Source of the DNA: a virus
Lineage: Duplodnaviria; Caudoviricetes
DNA: 33,110 bases
Direction: 5' to 3' (one strand)
IMG/VR virus record: IMGVR_UViG_3300010362_000066
Location: 1 to 33,110 of that record
Shown here: in pieces, positions 29,101 to 33,110 of the stretch
Position numbering within the stretch: position 1 is the stretch's first letter
Layout: every line of letters starts with the position of its first letter
The notes under the pieces: model-generated
What the model was told of the DNA's origin: nothing
Databases searched by the model: none
The model's input: the letters and a program-made list of their open reading frames with translations, nothing else
Made by a program: the position numbers and the translations under genes

Positions 29101-29204
29101 AAGTGCAACGCTCGATCGATGGCTTCGTCGCGATTCAGGAAGGCAAGACCAAGAACCCGCTGGTCATCTTGACTGGCGCGCCTGCCAAGAAGAAAGCGAG
29201 TTAA
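17196..29204 (+). CDS. Giant (4002 aa) polyvalent ejection protein with GGDEF, ART-like, HhH-GPD-like and HExxH peptidase domains
   Basis: Uninterrupted ORF in the T7 gp16 position; LPD22-like N-terminus (NPTNAAVAHDDV); STFLHETAH; GGYYPIAYD and FTMFYSY in the conserved C-terminal core. Confidence 0.9.
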   Translation: MAGNPFDEQLEQLTDEEKKQNPFLEGAFQIRAAEEAALKTSFNVGGNVSPDHAAAILKISRETGAPEGLVTRRYDTFRRQVDSDQAHRDAKDTRTLADWLGNPTNAAVAHDDVPTLAGMERSLTLGSKATKPSPEAQRLSRLLGQLPLSDLTAQMVSAAASQSTPTADLITPGNIDLFAQPRVRNADGSISTVDSIGVELDGKEVLLPTVTPDGRHFVGDPQVVQQQAVDEYRKTGQHLGIFRTAAASDAYAERLHRQYAAGVYDQPDPMKEPAALRVPANIARSTGAGLIGGGYGNIAGAVQMLADVYSEARRDIGDVFAHIRSFPSIAFQGWAPPAAPQKTTIGELAKREAERGERVAQALGPPPAKYGYVEQQVYSGFESVGANLPGMVAGVLTANPELGLGLMGASSTGGAYRQARKEGLDVYEAAAFGGLQGTIEVATEGLPMHYFVEDLTHNAPLRKLIVHQLATELPGEEIATLLQDLVEWGELPSNKDKTFADYLWARPERAVATAISTIVMIGTSSIGGHAAKAVFDRLGADAQNSNTLKRDPASVDALMTQAGIATGVTHVYAPTETFTTFYQEQGIDPRAKATELTGDPTAYDRAVDQGQDLPIPIGAYVTKIASDPVANAFFSNEFRLDPSEQNRRERLASREAMTEAAAAGTKTADADKNEPVRLAIRDQLEASGYTPEVADFQSRFFLRVFTRLAAREKVNAADLFARYGLRIERPDLQAPELREALERVRTAAAEGRTDHLQDLAKHPDKQVAAAAEAALKVMQAQGTDIAGAQVATSMKDESIERLREVASSSDPVQAEAARNELTTREMLPPTPTIEPGAPVGETVAAEAPPAAETIPPAPTGLSPEVEAYVAAIRARAEQAEAARAAAERETAQERGERRKEERRAMTDPLTGLGSRRAYDAALKSVEADPNMAVIVFDGNNFGAVNKVAQNLGGGQEAGDAIIKAGADAVKQAATEFGYGARVFRRGGDEFVVFAPHEFKEAIRLRAEQLFTPREFTKENGDTFEVSLSGSHGNTFAEADAILQAAKAERKAQYAPRPPASRPTDRLRISRESGVPPSRPRERETPAGRERRKSQHLDAVFDELLGYARELDPTVDPAALRAEFDYRINALEEREAAVRGDDVPTPRGLLEAVAKLGGIGDDPTFPGELKWLKEGQTFGRVQGVRGVFQKTTQDARGVRQTGHSLDGMLELLRQDPRFAGLQNINHLIDAIDDAIRHPLEDEGGTFPSTAEYAADLQMWPDETWWEDSWQRQPAAAELAAAAPEGMLEQRRPRKQPSLRRGQTVQQNIYGDQRWHVVNARGEWGRQSYATEAEARAAMLEPPRAPKTGEGEPYETAAVHITTPGGLAGIRATGFDVARGGGLGGDTYGPGIYLADRSSDAASFWREQLRTREASGEIETTALPAQVRLQNALVVEDMRPVGGRYGGDLMRQLDRRDIVAKQMPDQLARFDELVKQHDGSENQALGQLARENGYDGLVFERRLGTEIIAFDPKSVTFEGVTPPAAEDVLPTGEVQPRLPGAEPVREQEIATPQVAEAQFALTPPPAKPTTPDQGTLFQMADAATAVENVAALDAMLPVAREGNFPKRRDLKVHMQELVRQAAKEAGASVDPSTPEGHAYLVGIALRDVLTSLGSNPNAVGWYDEKTQQALAVAALIHPELEHDENARFAFTYALAIHSNGLPVNQNFQIADAAYEVYRKTGQMPSNLGIGAARQQIRQAAELFNERVQQWGLDTFRKFMLSEFTVSELRRLGEDVNGEAASAVVRGAAVIGPKIGNGFFSNLNGFFDALTMDRWLMRTWGRWTGTLLFDNEALVRKKRGELRDSVRQLLARAPAQARVFGEAVGINLATVRKPKDIDALGHAIRKASADPNVRAVMAGTSWGDAVRRHGNMLGAHLDGQKEAPANPVERSQIRAVFSDVLAELQHLGYTGMTTADLQALLWYAEKRLYDAGTSENEVAQGYEDSEAPDYANAASALARSKGISDDEINATLARVTQSTGRADDRAGVSGRAVPAAEAAEPGAGPAGQAVGRGFAPAEREAFLARYAKAPHHGAVHLTPTLEREARAEPARIPGSSNLGTFFQSLLDAVDEQTGAPFYSRLQRAVETSQQAKASGAQWKATIKNAKVGINRDEYALTRVEDLEDGKTYTKQEVLDYLKQNAVQVETRVLGEQAGPSKEAIHQRRQAIYEGWVDEKVQEIEEYRGGPPELPTPETDVGYNKDEGGWEAAVDGDDLGFIYDSQEEAQQAADAEAQKRLEKDEQDLREALRDHAQSLLPPDAWDEALTQAEQELGADQAGSRYGEYVEPGGEPGSYREVFLTAPEAAATDNGQQWQDGHEEYGDIENPIVRLRYNIRTTADGQRVLFLEEVQPPHEDEQKRMPELFRKNWREMAFKYALRIAAEQGLDGVTWTRGEQQAQRYRLEQVVQKIDWTPLTEQEHGLEGKHVIINTRRGLMGLIVEPNGRIADTRAQAPDDWVGRSLADVIGKELASQVVEGEARGEISGEGLKIGGEGLKKLYDVDFRNVVNSLPAVKRSGAKVERLIVSELGTEGRITKQLDELHEEMQRERAYGRMTESMENVYQRRERELMASLAVAGLEGERETNQGVMFTPELREAVMGGQTLFQREGDEGEAGAAAPPAEGAAPTAPPPGQTARGGYSRLASGRLIQLFEQANFSTFLHETAHFYFDVMADLAARPDASPELQRDMATIFKWIGHEGDIHAWQALSLNEQREGHEKFADGFNAYLMEGKAPSLQMQTIFDRFRGWLLDIYKAVEALGVNLTPDVRDVFDRMIATDQEVADAEQARDVPPLFLTPEQAGVSRERFEHYRQKLEDASRQSRERLEKKALEDVRRRQTAEWQARRATTETQVRSELATQPAYIALTAMQRGTTPEGAPLVEGLEVRPQKLSRKLLAERFGEERVKQLREIPGPLIYTRDEQGLDPDLLAELYGFSSTDEMLKAVQAVLPYEQAVTAETDRRMKAQYGEQPVENQLTDASRAALMHDSREEIIRDELRMLAQLRQRNARGEARADLAQQRANQAYERRWFEAEARLRIAIAEGRKQSEIDTLRDQLRTLKGEARGGAARINAALPSAKEIRSYAQATINGMLVRDIRPDIYWAAARKAGKAAVDHAARQNFDEAIKAKQQELLNTALYREATRVLEEVNARALAARDLGRGPARARLGLAGETYLDQVDGILDRYEFARVSNKVLERRASIRAWVAAMQGENMPVELPELVLEEAHRKNYRELTVEQFMAVTDGLAQIAHLAQLKNKLLTAKKQRDFQTTRDGIVDHIEQHGKARPKPIAIRISDAPARKVGEWIASHTKLAEFIARLDGYVQGGPMWTAIMKPLNEAATRAAVIQERAAQRLSEILTTAYSGAEVAALRGPSAKQKALGLGKDTLLFIPAINASLTKEERLAVALNWGNAGNRQRLMESGRNWNETQVQAILNTLDERDLKFVQDTLDYINSFWPQIEAQDRRLKGLPPDKVEPASWVHPQFGEQRGGYYPIAYDGRLSVRADQLINAGEANLQAHAAYAYATTRHGYTKERQAKVNQPVRLELSVMYEHLEQIIHSLSHREVMIDVGRLLADRKIQDAIVSREGDLGYKAMRDNLLDIALGTQHATNIVDRAMTYLRNGGTLAGLGWNVWTAVQQPIGILNGAVINGPVWQARGLMRFLRDTSTMEWSSQWVYAKSEMMRLRGQTANRDIAEMRNSLTRSGSWFDNILRTVSGDRLEREDITNSYLALIELGQKMADIPTWIGAYERHRSAGETEERATALADQAVLDAQSGGQMKDLAKVQRGSPAFKLFTMFYSYGNLMFNQTVRVYGRDWVHGGSVGQMLGNLSLLYIAPAALTVALAKAFGKGDDKEPWYLAMGKEVLATAMNMMVWVREFGPLATGRTGGRGYEGPSGTRFVSSVYKLGQQIEQGKADRGLVRATEDVASILFKLPLGQVQRSIDGFVAIQEGKTKNPLVILTGAPAKKKAS
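19908..20345 (+). other. GGDEF (diguanylate cyclase-like) domain within the giant protein
   Basis: TDPLTGLGSRRAY, IVFDGNNFGAVN, GQEAGDAII, FRRGGDEFVV (GGDEF at 20151-20165), VSLSGS. Confidence 0.9.
20353..20577 (+). CDS. Candidate overprinted gene 1 (+1 frame, 74 aa) directly after the GGDEF domain
   Basis: GAAAGG 6 nt before ATG 20353; over 50 codons GC3 is 40/50 in this frame vs 25/50 in the host frame (hand count); MPLDLRRVDQLIASGSPVRAAFRQAARENAKRL. Confidence 0.6.
   Translation: MPLDLRRVDQLIASGSPVRAAFRQAARENAKRLRAANDARVNTWMQSLMNSSATPANSTPPSTPPPSAPNSTTE
21249..21740 (+). other. ADP-ribosyltransferase-like (ART-PolyVal type) domain
   Basis: AVHITT...GFD...YGPGIYLA...A...VRLQNAL...GYDGLVF...TEIIAFDPKSV pattern (H 21267, E 21705). 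Confidence 0.7.
22161..23090 (+). other. HhH-GPD DNA-glycosylase-like domain
   Basis: GWYD..., VIGPKIGNGFFSNL..LTMDRWLMRT (K and D spaced like G.KTA...VDTH..R), C-terminal LQALLWY. Confidence 0.5.
23203..23418 (+). CDS. Candidate overprinted gene 2 (+1 frame, 71 aa) directly after the glycosylase-like domain
   Basis: AAGGGGA 9 nt before ATG 23203; over 50 codons GC3 is 41/50 in this frame vs 19/50 in the host frame (hand count); MKSTPRLQELLSQPVAPMTAQELADEQFLQ. Confidence 0.65.
   Translation: MKSTPRLQELLSQPVAPMTAQELADEQFLQRKPRSPAQGQQDKQLVEALLQRNEKPSSPATPKPPTTEPSI
25203..25620 (+). other. Zincin-like metallopeptidase (MPTase-like) domain
   Basis: ARGGY...IQLFEQANFSTFLHETAH (HExxH at 25281-25295) and downstream HEKFA as candidate third ligand. 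Confidence 0.75.
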
Positions 29205-29206
29205 CG

Positions 29207-29554
29207 ATGAAGAAAGAGCAGCCGCACACGGCCGACGTCCCGCCGCCCCCGATTGCGGCCGTCCCGAAAATCGAAGTGCTTGCGCCCGACCAGTACAACG
29301 AGCTCGGCGACGGCGACTACACGGTCACCGCCGCCGGCTACGCGCAGGGCCTCTGGCGCGATGATGGCACCGCCTCGCAACCGACTGACGTGCTGTCGCT
29401 GCAGCCGGACGGCACCTGGCAGACGCGCCCAGCCGGCACCGCCGGCAATTTCGAGCGCTGCAAAAAGACGGCGGCCGGCGCGGTGTACCGCCCGATTGGG
29501 TCCGACGGCAAGACGTGGCTGGTGGGCATGGCGACCGAGACGCCTAACACATGA
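29207..29554 (+). CDS. Hypothetical 115-aa beta-rich protein, possibly fascin/beta-trefoil-like
   Basis: High GC3; VLSLQPDGTWQTRPAGTAGNFE motif; ATGA overlap with next gene. Confidence 0.7.
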   Translation: MKKEQPHTADVPPPPIAAVPKIEVLAPDQYNELGDGDYTVTAAGYAQGLWRDDGTASQPTDVLSLQPDGTWQTRPAGTAGNFERCKKTAAGAVYRPIGSDGKTWLVGMATETPNT

Positions 29555-30762
29555 GCGCCATTCTCTCACCCGCGCAGCAGTACTACCTTCTGTCGAACGT
29601 CGAACGCTCGAGCGGCGGCGCCATCGATCCGTCCACGTTGTCGCTGCGGCAAATCGCGGCCATCCGCGGCGCGATGTGGACGGTCCGCGGCGCGTGGCAA
29701 TACGGCCCGCGTCCAGGCCAGCCCTCGAACGTGACCGCCCTCGAGTACCTCTACAGCTACGGCGACCCGTACAACCCGATGGCACTGGGCGGCGCGTTCA
29801 ATTTGAACGACGAGCAGCAGGCGATGTTGAGGACCTACTGCAGCTTCGGGTACACGCATGCGTGCATCGGCCCCGTCACGGCGCAGAGTTATCGCGGCCA
29901 CTATCCCGACTACTTCTTCGACACGCCGGAGAGGTTCGAGTGTTTCCTCGACTGGTTGCAGTGTCTGTGGGATTACCACCTCATTCCGATCGTCTTCATG
30001 CATCCGGACAACTGGACGCTCGAGCAGACACAGGAGCTCTACGAGCCGCTGATTCGCGGCAACGCGCGCGCGCAGCGGTTGATCCGTGCGTGCGTCCCGA
30101 GTGGATGGGAGCCGGCGTACTACAACTGGAGCTCGGAGACGTGGGCGCGCTACTTCGAGTGGGGCCATGACCTGCTACCCGATGCGCTCATTTGCTGCCA
30201 CACGGTACCGGACGTCGATGCGCCCGGCGGGACCGATGAACTCGGCGACGACAACGGGGCGGGCAACGACAAGGTGTGGGCGCGCGTGTGTCCGACGATT
30301 CACGGGTGGCTGCACCAGGCGAGCTCGTTCGCGAACCCGAATGAACACGGCGACCCGAACCATCCGACCAAATCGAACTATGACAACTGGGCGGATCTGT
30401 TCGCGGCCGACTGCCCGTACTCGTTCTACAACAGGTTCCATTTCGGGTACGCGGGCTGGCCGACGTGCAGTCTGTGGGGGCCGAACGAGCCCATCTACCT
30501 CTATGCCGGCGAGTACTGCGCGTACTGGAACTATCACGACAACAGAGCCTACGCGGAAGGCGAGGCCTGGGGCGACCGTGCGGTGTCGGTCGGCGCCGAC
30601 GGCTACCTCGACTCCGGCGCCGGCACCGTGCCGCAGCGGCCCGAGACGTTCGTCCGCATGGCGCCGATGGTGACGGTCGACACGACGGTGCGCGAACCGT
30701 TCACGGTGTCGCCGCTGACGCCGTACGCCGCGCAGCGGCGCGGGCAGCGGTTGATTCGTTGA
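29551..30762 (+). CDS. Trp/Tyr-rich putative glycoside hydrolase (TIM-barrel-like), candidate endolysin
   Basis: 403 aa; GYTH, PIVFM, GWEP and LYAGEY segments resemble clan GH-A strands with two Glu; followed by small TM genes. Confidence 0.5.
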   Translation: MSAILSPAQQYYLLSNVERSSGGAIDPSTLSLRQIAAIRGAMWTVRGAWQYGPRPGQPSNVTALEYLYSYGDPYNPMALGGAFNLNDEQQAMLRTYCSFGYTHACIGPVTAQSYRGHYPDYFFDTPERFECFLDWLQCLWDYHLIPIVFMHPDNWTLEQTQELYEPLIRGNARAQRLIRACVPSGWEPAYYNWSSETWARYFEWGHDLLPDALICCHTVPDVDAPGGTDELGDDNGAGNDKVWARVCPTIHGWLHQASSFANPNEHGDPNHPTKSNYDNWADLFAADCPYSFYNRFHFGYAGWPTCSLWGPNEPIYLYAGEYCAYWNYHDNRAYAEGEAWGDRAVSVGADGYLDSGAGTVPQRPETFVRMAPMVTVDTTVREPFTVSPLTPYAAQRRGQRLIR

Positions 30763-30875
30763 CCGAGGACGAGTACGCGCGCGCCGGCTTGATCCTGCTC
30801 GGCGTGATCGGGCTGCTGACCCTCGCGGGCTACGTCGTCATCTTCGTTCGCTACTGTTCGCCTTGGAGGGACTGA
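30759..30875 (+). CDS. 38-aa single-TM protein
   Basis: TTG start overlapping upstream TGA; MTEDEYARAGLILLGVIGLLTLAGYVVIFVRYCSPWRD. Confidence 0.6.
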   Translation: MTEDEYARAGLILLGVIGLLTLAGYVVIFVRYCSPWRD

Positions 30876-31009
30876 TGGCGCACCTACACTTGATCCTCTA
30901 CGTCGCCGCGCTCGTCCTCTTCCTGCTCGCGGCCTGGCCTGTCGATGCACGGGGCCGTAACCTGATCGCACTCGGCCTGGCGGCCCTGACCCTGACGCTG
31001 ATTGTCTGA
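30875..31009 (+). CDS. 44-aa two-TM protein, holin-like
   Basis: GGAGGG SD, TGATG coupling; MAHLHLILYVAALVLFLLAAWPVDARGRNLIALGLAALTLTLIV; absent from the ORF track. Confidence 0.7.
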   Translation: MAHLHLILYVAALVLFLLAAWPVDARGRNLIALGLAALTLTLIV

Positions 31010-31179
31010 TGCGTCGAGTCCTCATTGCGACGTTGCTGGTGCTGCTCGAGACGAACTGCGCGTTGCCACTGCGCCGCGTGTGTCCGGACGGATGGCCGAT
31101 CAAAATTCTCCAACACCCGGAGTGTCCGCGGGGCATCTGCGGGTATACCTGTCAGCCTGATCGCTGGCGGTCAGGCTGA
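31009..31179 (+). CDS. 56-aa Cys-rich secreted or lipoprotein-like peptide
   Basis: TGATG coupling; MRRVLIATLLVLLETNC then four more Cys; absent from the ORF track. Confidence 0.55.
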   Translation: MRRVLIATLLVLLETNCALPLRRVCPDGWPIKILQHPECPRGICGYTCQPDRWRSG

Positions 31180-31180
31180 C
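31151..31180. terminator. Hairpin at the convergence of the late operon and a minus-strand gene
   Basis: GTCAGCCTGA / TCAGGCTGAC perfect 10-bp inverted repeat plus 3 inner pairs; no U-tract. Confidence 0.5.
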
Positions 31181-31383
31181 GCCCAGAGCAACACGCCCCA
31201 AGTCAGCAGCAGGAAGACGCCGGCGGCGAGCCACTTCGAGGCCTCGCGCGTAGCGGCTTCGCGCCGGCCGCGGGCTGCCGGATCGTTCCCGCGAATCTCG
31301 CTGAATGCGAGCACGCCCGCCAGCATCGCAAAGAGGCCGGCGCCGAAGAGCGCGATCTCGACCGCCGTCAACACCCAGTGCAT
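31171..31383 (-). CDS. 70-aa two-TM membrane protein
   Basis: GAGGG SD; two hydrophobic helices around an Arg-rich loop. Confidence 0.7.
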   Translation of the reverse strand: MHWVLTAVEIALFGAGLFAMLAGVLAFSEIRGNDPAARGRREAATREASKWLAAGVFLLLTWGVLLWASA

Positions 31384-31411
31384 ACAGCCCTCAGGGAATT
31401 AGTTCCATACT

Positions 31412-31658
31412 TTGGGCGTACCGTGGGCATGGAACGAGTGAAACCGGGTGTTTTCTGGTGACTTCTGGACAGGTCGTGCTGACCGGCCGGACATAGGAAT
31501 CGGCGATTTTCCTGAGCAATTCGCCAAAGTCGAGGGAAAAAGCTGGTGGACGGCAGGAGGCTCGAACTCCCGACCTCCGCGTTGCGAACGCCCCGCGCGC
31601 GCGCGGATTCGCTCAGCATTAGGCGCGCTTCCGAGTGGCGTTGGGCGTACGGTGGGCA
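31412..31658 (+). repeat. 18-bp direct repeats flanking the att core (candidate integrase arm-type sites)
   Basis: TTGGGCGTACCGTGGGCA at 31412-31429 and TTGGGCGTACGGTGGGCA at 31641-31658 (17/18 identical). Confidence 0.75.
31544..31591 (-). mobile_element. attP core: 3' half of tRNA-Ala(CGC)
   Basis: Minus strand GCG-TTCGCAA-CGCGG-AGGTC-GGGAG-TTCGAGC-CTCCT-GCCGTCC-A-CCA: anticodon CGC, T-arm, U70 and A73 Ala determinants, CCA; 5' half absent; 27 nt downstream of the integrase stop. Confidence 0.88.
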
Positions 31659-32743
31659 CGGGGCCGCTCGGCACGCTTCTTCAGCATGTCCTGCGTGCTC
31701 ATTTCGGTGTAGATCGCGAGCGGCGTGTCCGGCGTTTTCCAGCCGCCGAGCGCCTGCACTTCGGCCGGCGTCCACCGATCGTCGAGAAAGCGCCGTGTCG
31801 TCCCAGTCCGGCGCGTGCCCCAGTGAAACGTGATGCCCCGCTTGGTCCGCCCGTAGGGCACGTCGGCCTCCCGACAGAGATACTCGAGGCGCTGCCGCAC
31901 CGAGCCCGGCCAGTCGCGCGGGTCCTCAGCCTTCCGAAACTTCGGGAAGAGAAACGGGCCGGCGCGCTTCGCCTTCTTGAGCGCCGTGAGGCCGGCGACG
32001 GCGCGCCGCGAGATCGCGAGCGGCACCTCGAGCGGGTCGCCGTTCTTCGTCCACGCGACCCAGAGCGAGCCATCGGCGACGTCGTCCCACTGCAGATCGA
32101 TCAGGTCACCGAGCCGGACGAGGAAGTCGATGCCGAGCACCAGGATCAGGTAGTCCTGGGGGTCGCGCTTGGCGACGGCGAGGAGTTTGCGCTCTTCCAC
32201 TTTGCTCATGATGCGCCGCCGCACTGGCGCCTCGTCGTAGCGCGCCATGCCCTTGAGCGGCGAGGCGGCGAGGTAGGTCGGACACGCCTCGCGCAGCATG
32301 ATCTTGAGGTGATCGACCTCGCGGTTGATCGTCCGGTTCGTCACGCCCGCCGCCGCGCGCCACGTCTGATACTCGTCGACCAGCATCGTCGTGAACCGGG
32401 AGAGCAGGACGTCGTCCCGCTCGTTCACGAAGTAGCGCTCGAGCACCGTCAGGAGCTCGGCCTCGCGGGTCCGGCCGCGGTGCTTCGGCGTCTTGTGCTC
32501 GCGGTACCACGCCGCATACTTGCTGAACCGAATCTGTTCGCGTTCGCGCGGGAGGTTGTAGACGTCAGCGGCGTAGCCGTTGTGGAGTTTGGTGTAGAGC
32601 GCCTCGGCGAGTTTGTAGGAGTCCTTCTGCTGCTGCGTCGTCGTGCCGACGAGGATGTTGGTGTCGACACGCTGCTCGCCGACGGGCGCATTCTCGATCC
32701 AGAGCCGGTAGTACTTCCGTCCCGCCGAGGCCTGCACGCCCAT
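31619..32743 (-). CDS. int: Tyrosine recombinase / phage integrase
   Basis: NRTINRE in the core-binding domain; catalytic R (LVRLGDLIDLQWDDV), K (TKNG), HWGTRR, LGGWKT, Y (LAIY); GAAGGG SD. Confidence 0.92.
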   Translation of the reverse strand: MGVQASAGRKYYRLWIENAPVGEQRVDTNILVGTTTQQQKDSYKLAEALYTKLHNGYAADVYNLPREREQIRFSKYAAWYREHKTPKHRGRTREAELLTVLERYFVNERDDVLLSRFTTMLVDEYQTWRAAAGVTNRTINREVDHLKIMLREACPTYLAASPLKGMARYDEAPVRRRIMSKVEERKLLAVAKRDPQDYLILVLGIDFLVRLGDLIDLQWDDVADGSLWVAWTKNGDPLEVPLAISRRAVAGLTALKKAKRAGPFLFPKFRKAEDPRDWPGSVRQRLEYLCREADVPYGRTKRGITFHWGTRRTGTTRRFLDDRWTPAEVQALGGWKTPDTPLAIYTEMSTQDMLKKRAERPRAHRTPNATRKRA

Positions 32744-32844
32744 GATCTACCCTTCAGTTAATGGATTGGCCGTCGCGGCCAACTTGTTGTCTCGACTGTA
32801 GCGACCACGCTGCTCCCCTCAGCGGTCGCCACGCGCCGCGCGGC

Positions 32845-33003
32845 TCAGGCGGTTCGTCGCCGCCGGTAGCGGCCGTCGCAGGCGCGCACCGACTCGATCG
32901 CCGCCTGGAGATCACGCCGCCGCGGATCGGCCGCCGGCAACGGCTTGGCCGAATCCTCGAGCAGCGCGAGCACCTGGTCGACGGCCCGCCGCTGGCTGGC
33001 AAA
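32845..33003 (-). CDS. 3' part of a hypothetical gene whose start lies in the unreliable window end
   Basis: High-GC3 frame FASQRRAVDQVLALLEDSAKPLPAADPRRRDLQAAIESVRACDGRYRRRRTA-stop. Confidence 0.45.
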   Translation of the reverse strand, partial: FASQRRAVDQVLALLEDSAKPLPAADPRRRDLQAAIESVRACDGRYRRRRTA

Positions 33004-33110
33004 GGGCGGAAATGCGAGGAGGCTCGAAGGTGCCCCCCACCCCCCCCCCCCCCCCTCCCTTTTTGCTGTGCCCTTTGCGCCCCCCCCTCCGCACGTTTTT
33101 CTCTCCCTCC

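Noticed and set aside
25230-29108. 1292-aa antisense ORF, and similar ones at 1608-3398, 9320-10891 and 15301-16500
   Set aside because: Antisense shadows of high-GC3 genes; no motifs and unnatural composition
31544-31620. Complete phage tRNA-Ala gene
   Set aside because: D-arm and 5' acceptor strand are missing and the outer anticodon-stem pairs mismatch; it is an att core
31448-32761. 437-aa plus-strand ORF
   Set aside because: Antisense shadow of the integrase
33004-33110. Poly-C/pyrimidine tract as a G-quadruplex or regulatory element
   Set aside because: Abrupt low-complexity run at the sequence end that degrades an otherwise gene-like frame; most likely a sequencing or assembly artefact
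1-33110. CRISPR array, rRNA or IS element
   Set aside because: No regularly spaced repeats, rRNA-like sequence or transposase found

Overview
GC-rich segment of a temperate podovirus-type phage with BPP-1/epsilon15/T7-like virion gene order. The + strand carries two small hypothetical genes and a GNAT acetyltransferase. A sigma70-like promoter then precedes the virion operon: small pre-portal protein, portal, Bbp19-like protein, scaffold, major capsid, cement protein, a signal-peptide protein, a collagen tail fibre, a 1388-aa appendage protein fused to two tandem tail-adaptor domains, the nozzle and three ejection proteins. A non-canonical putative lysis cassette follows. The - strand carries a small membrane protein and a tyrosine integrase pointing at the 3' half of a tRNA-Ala(CGC), which is flanked by 18-bp arm-like repeats. 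Phage genes on both sides make this attP, i.e. the excised or free form. The main discovery candidate is the 4002-aa third ejection protein. Between its conserved N-terminal part and an HExxH metallopeptidase it carries a cargo array: GGDEF, ADP-ribosyltransferase-like, HhH-GPD glycosylase-like and unknown domains, separated by T-[LF]-F-Q motifs. Two of these domains are immediately followed by small genes overprinted in the +1 frame, each with its own SD and an inverted GC3 signal; these are candidate nested antidote or regulator genes. All family assignments come from motif recognition by eye, with no database searches. The last ~100 nt look like low-quality sequence.
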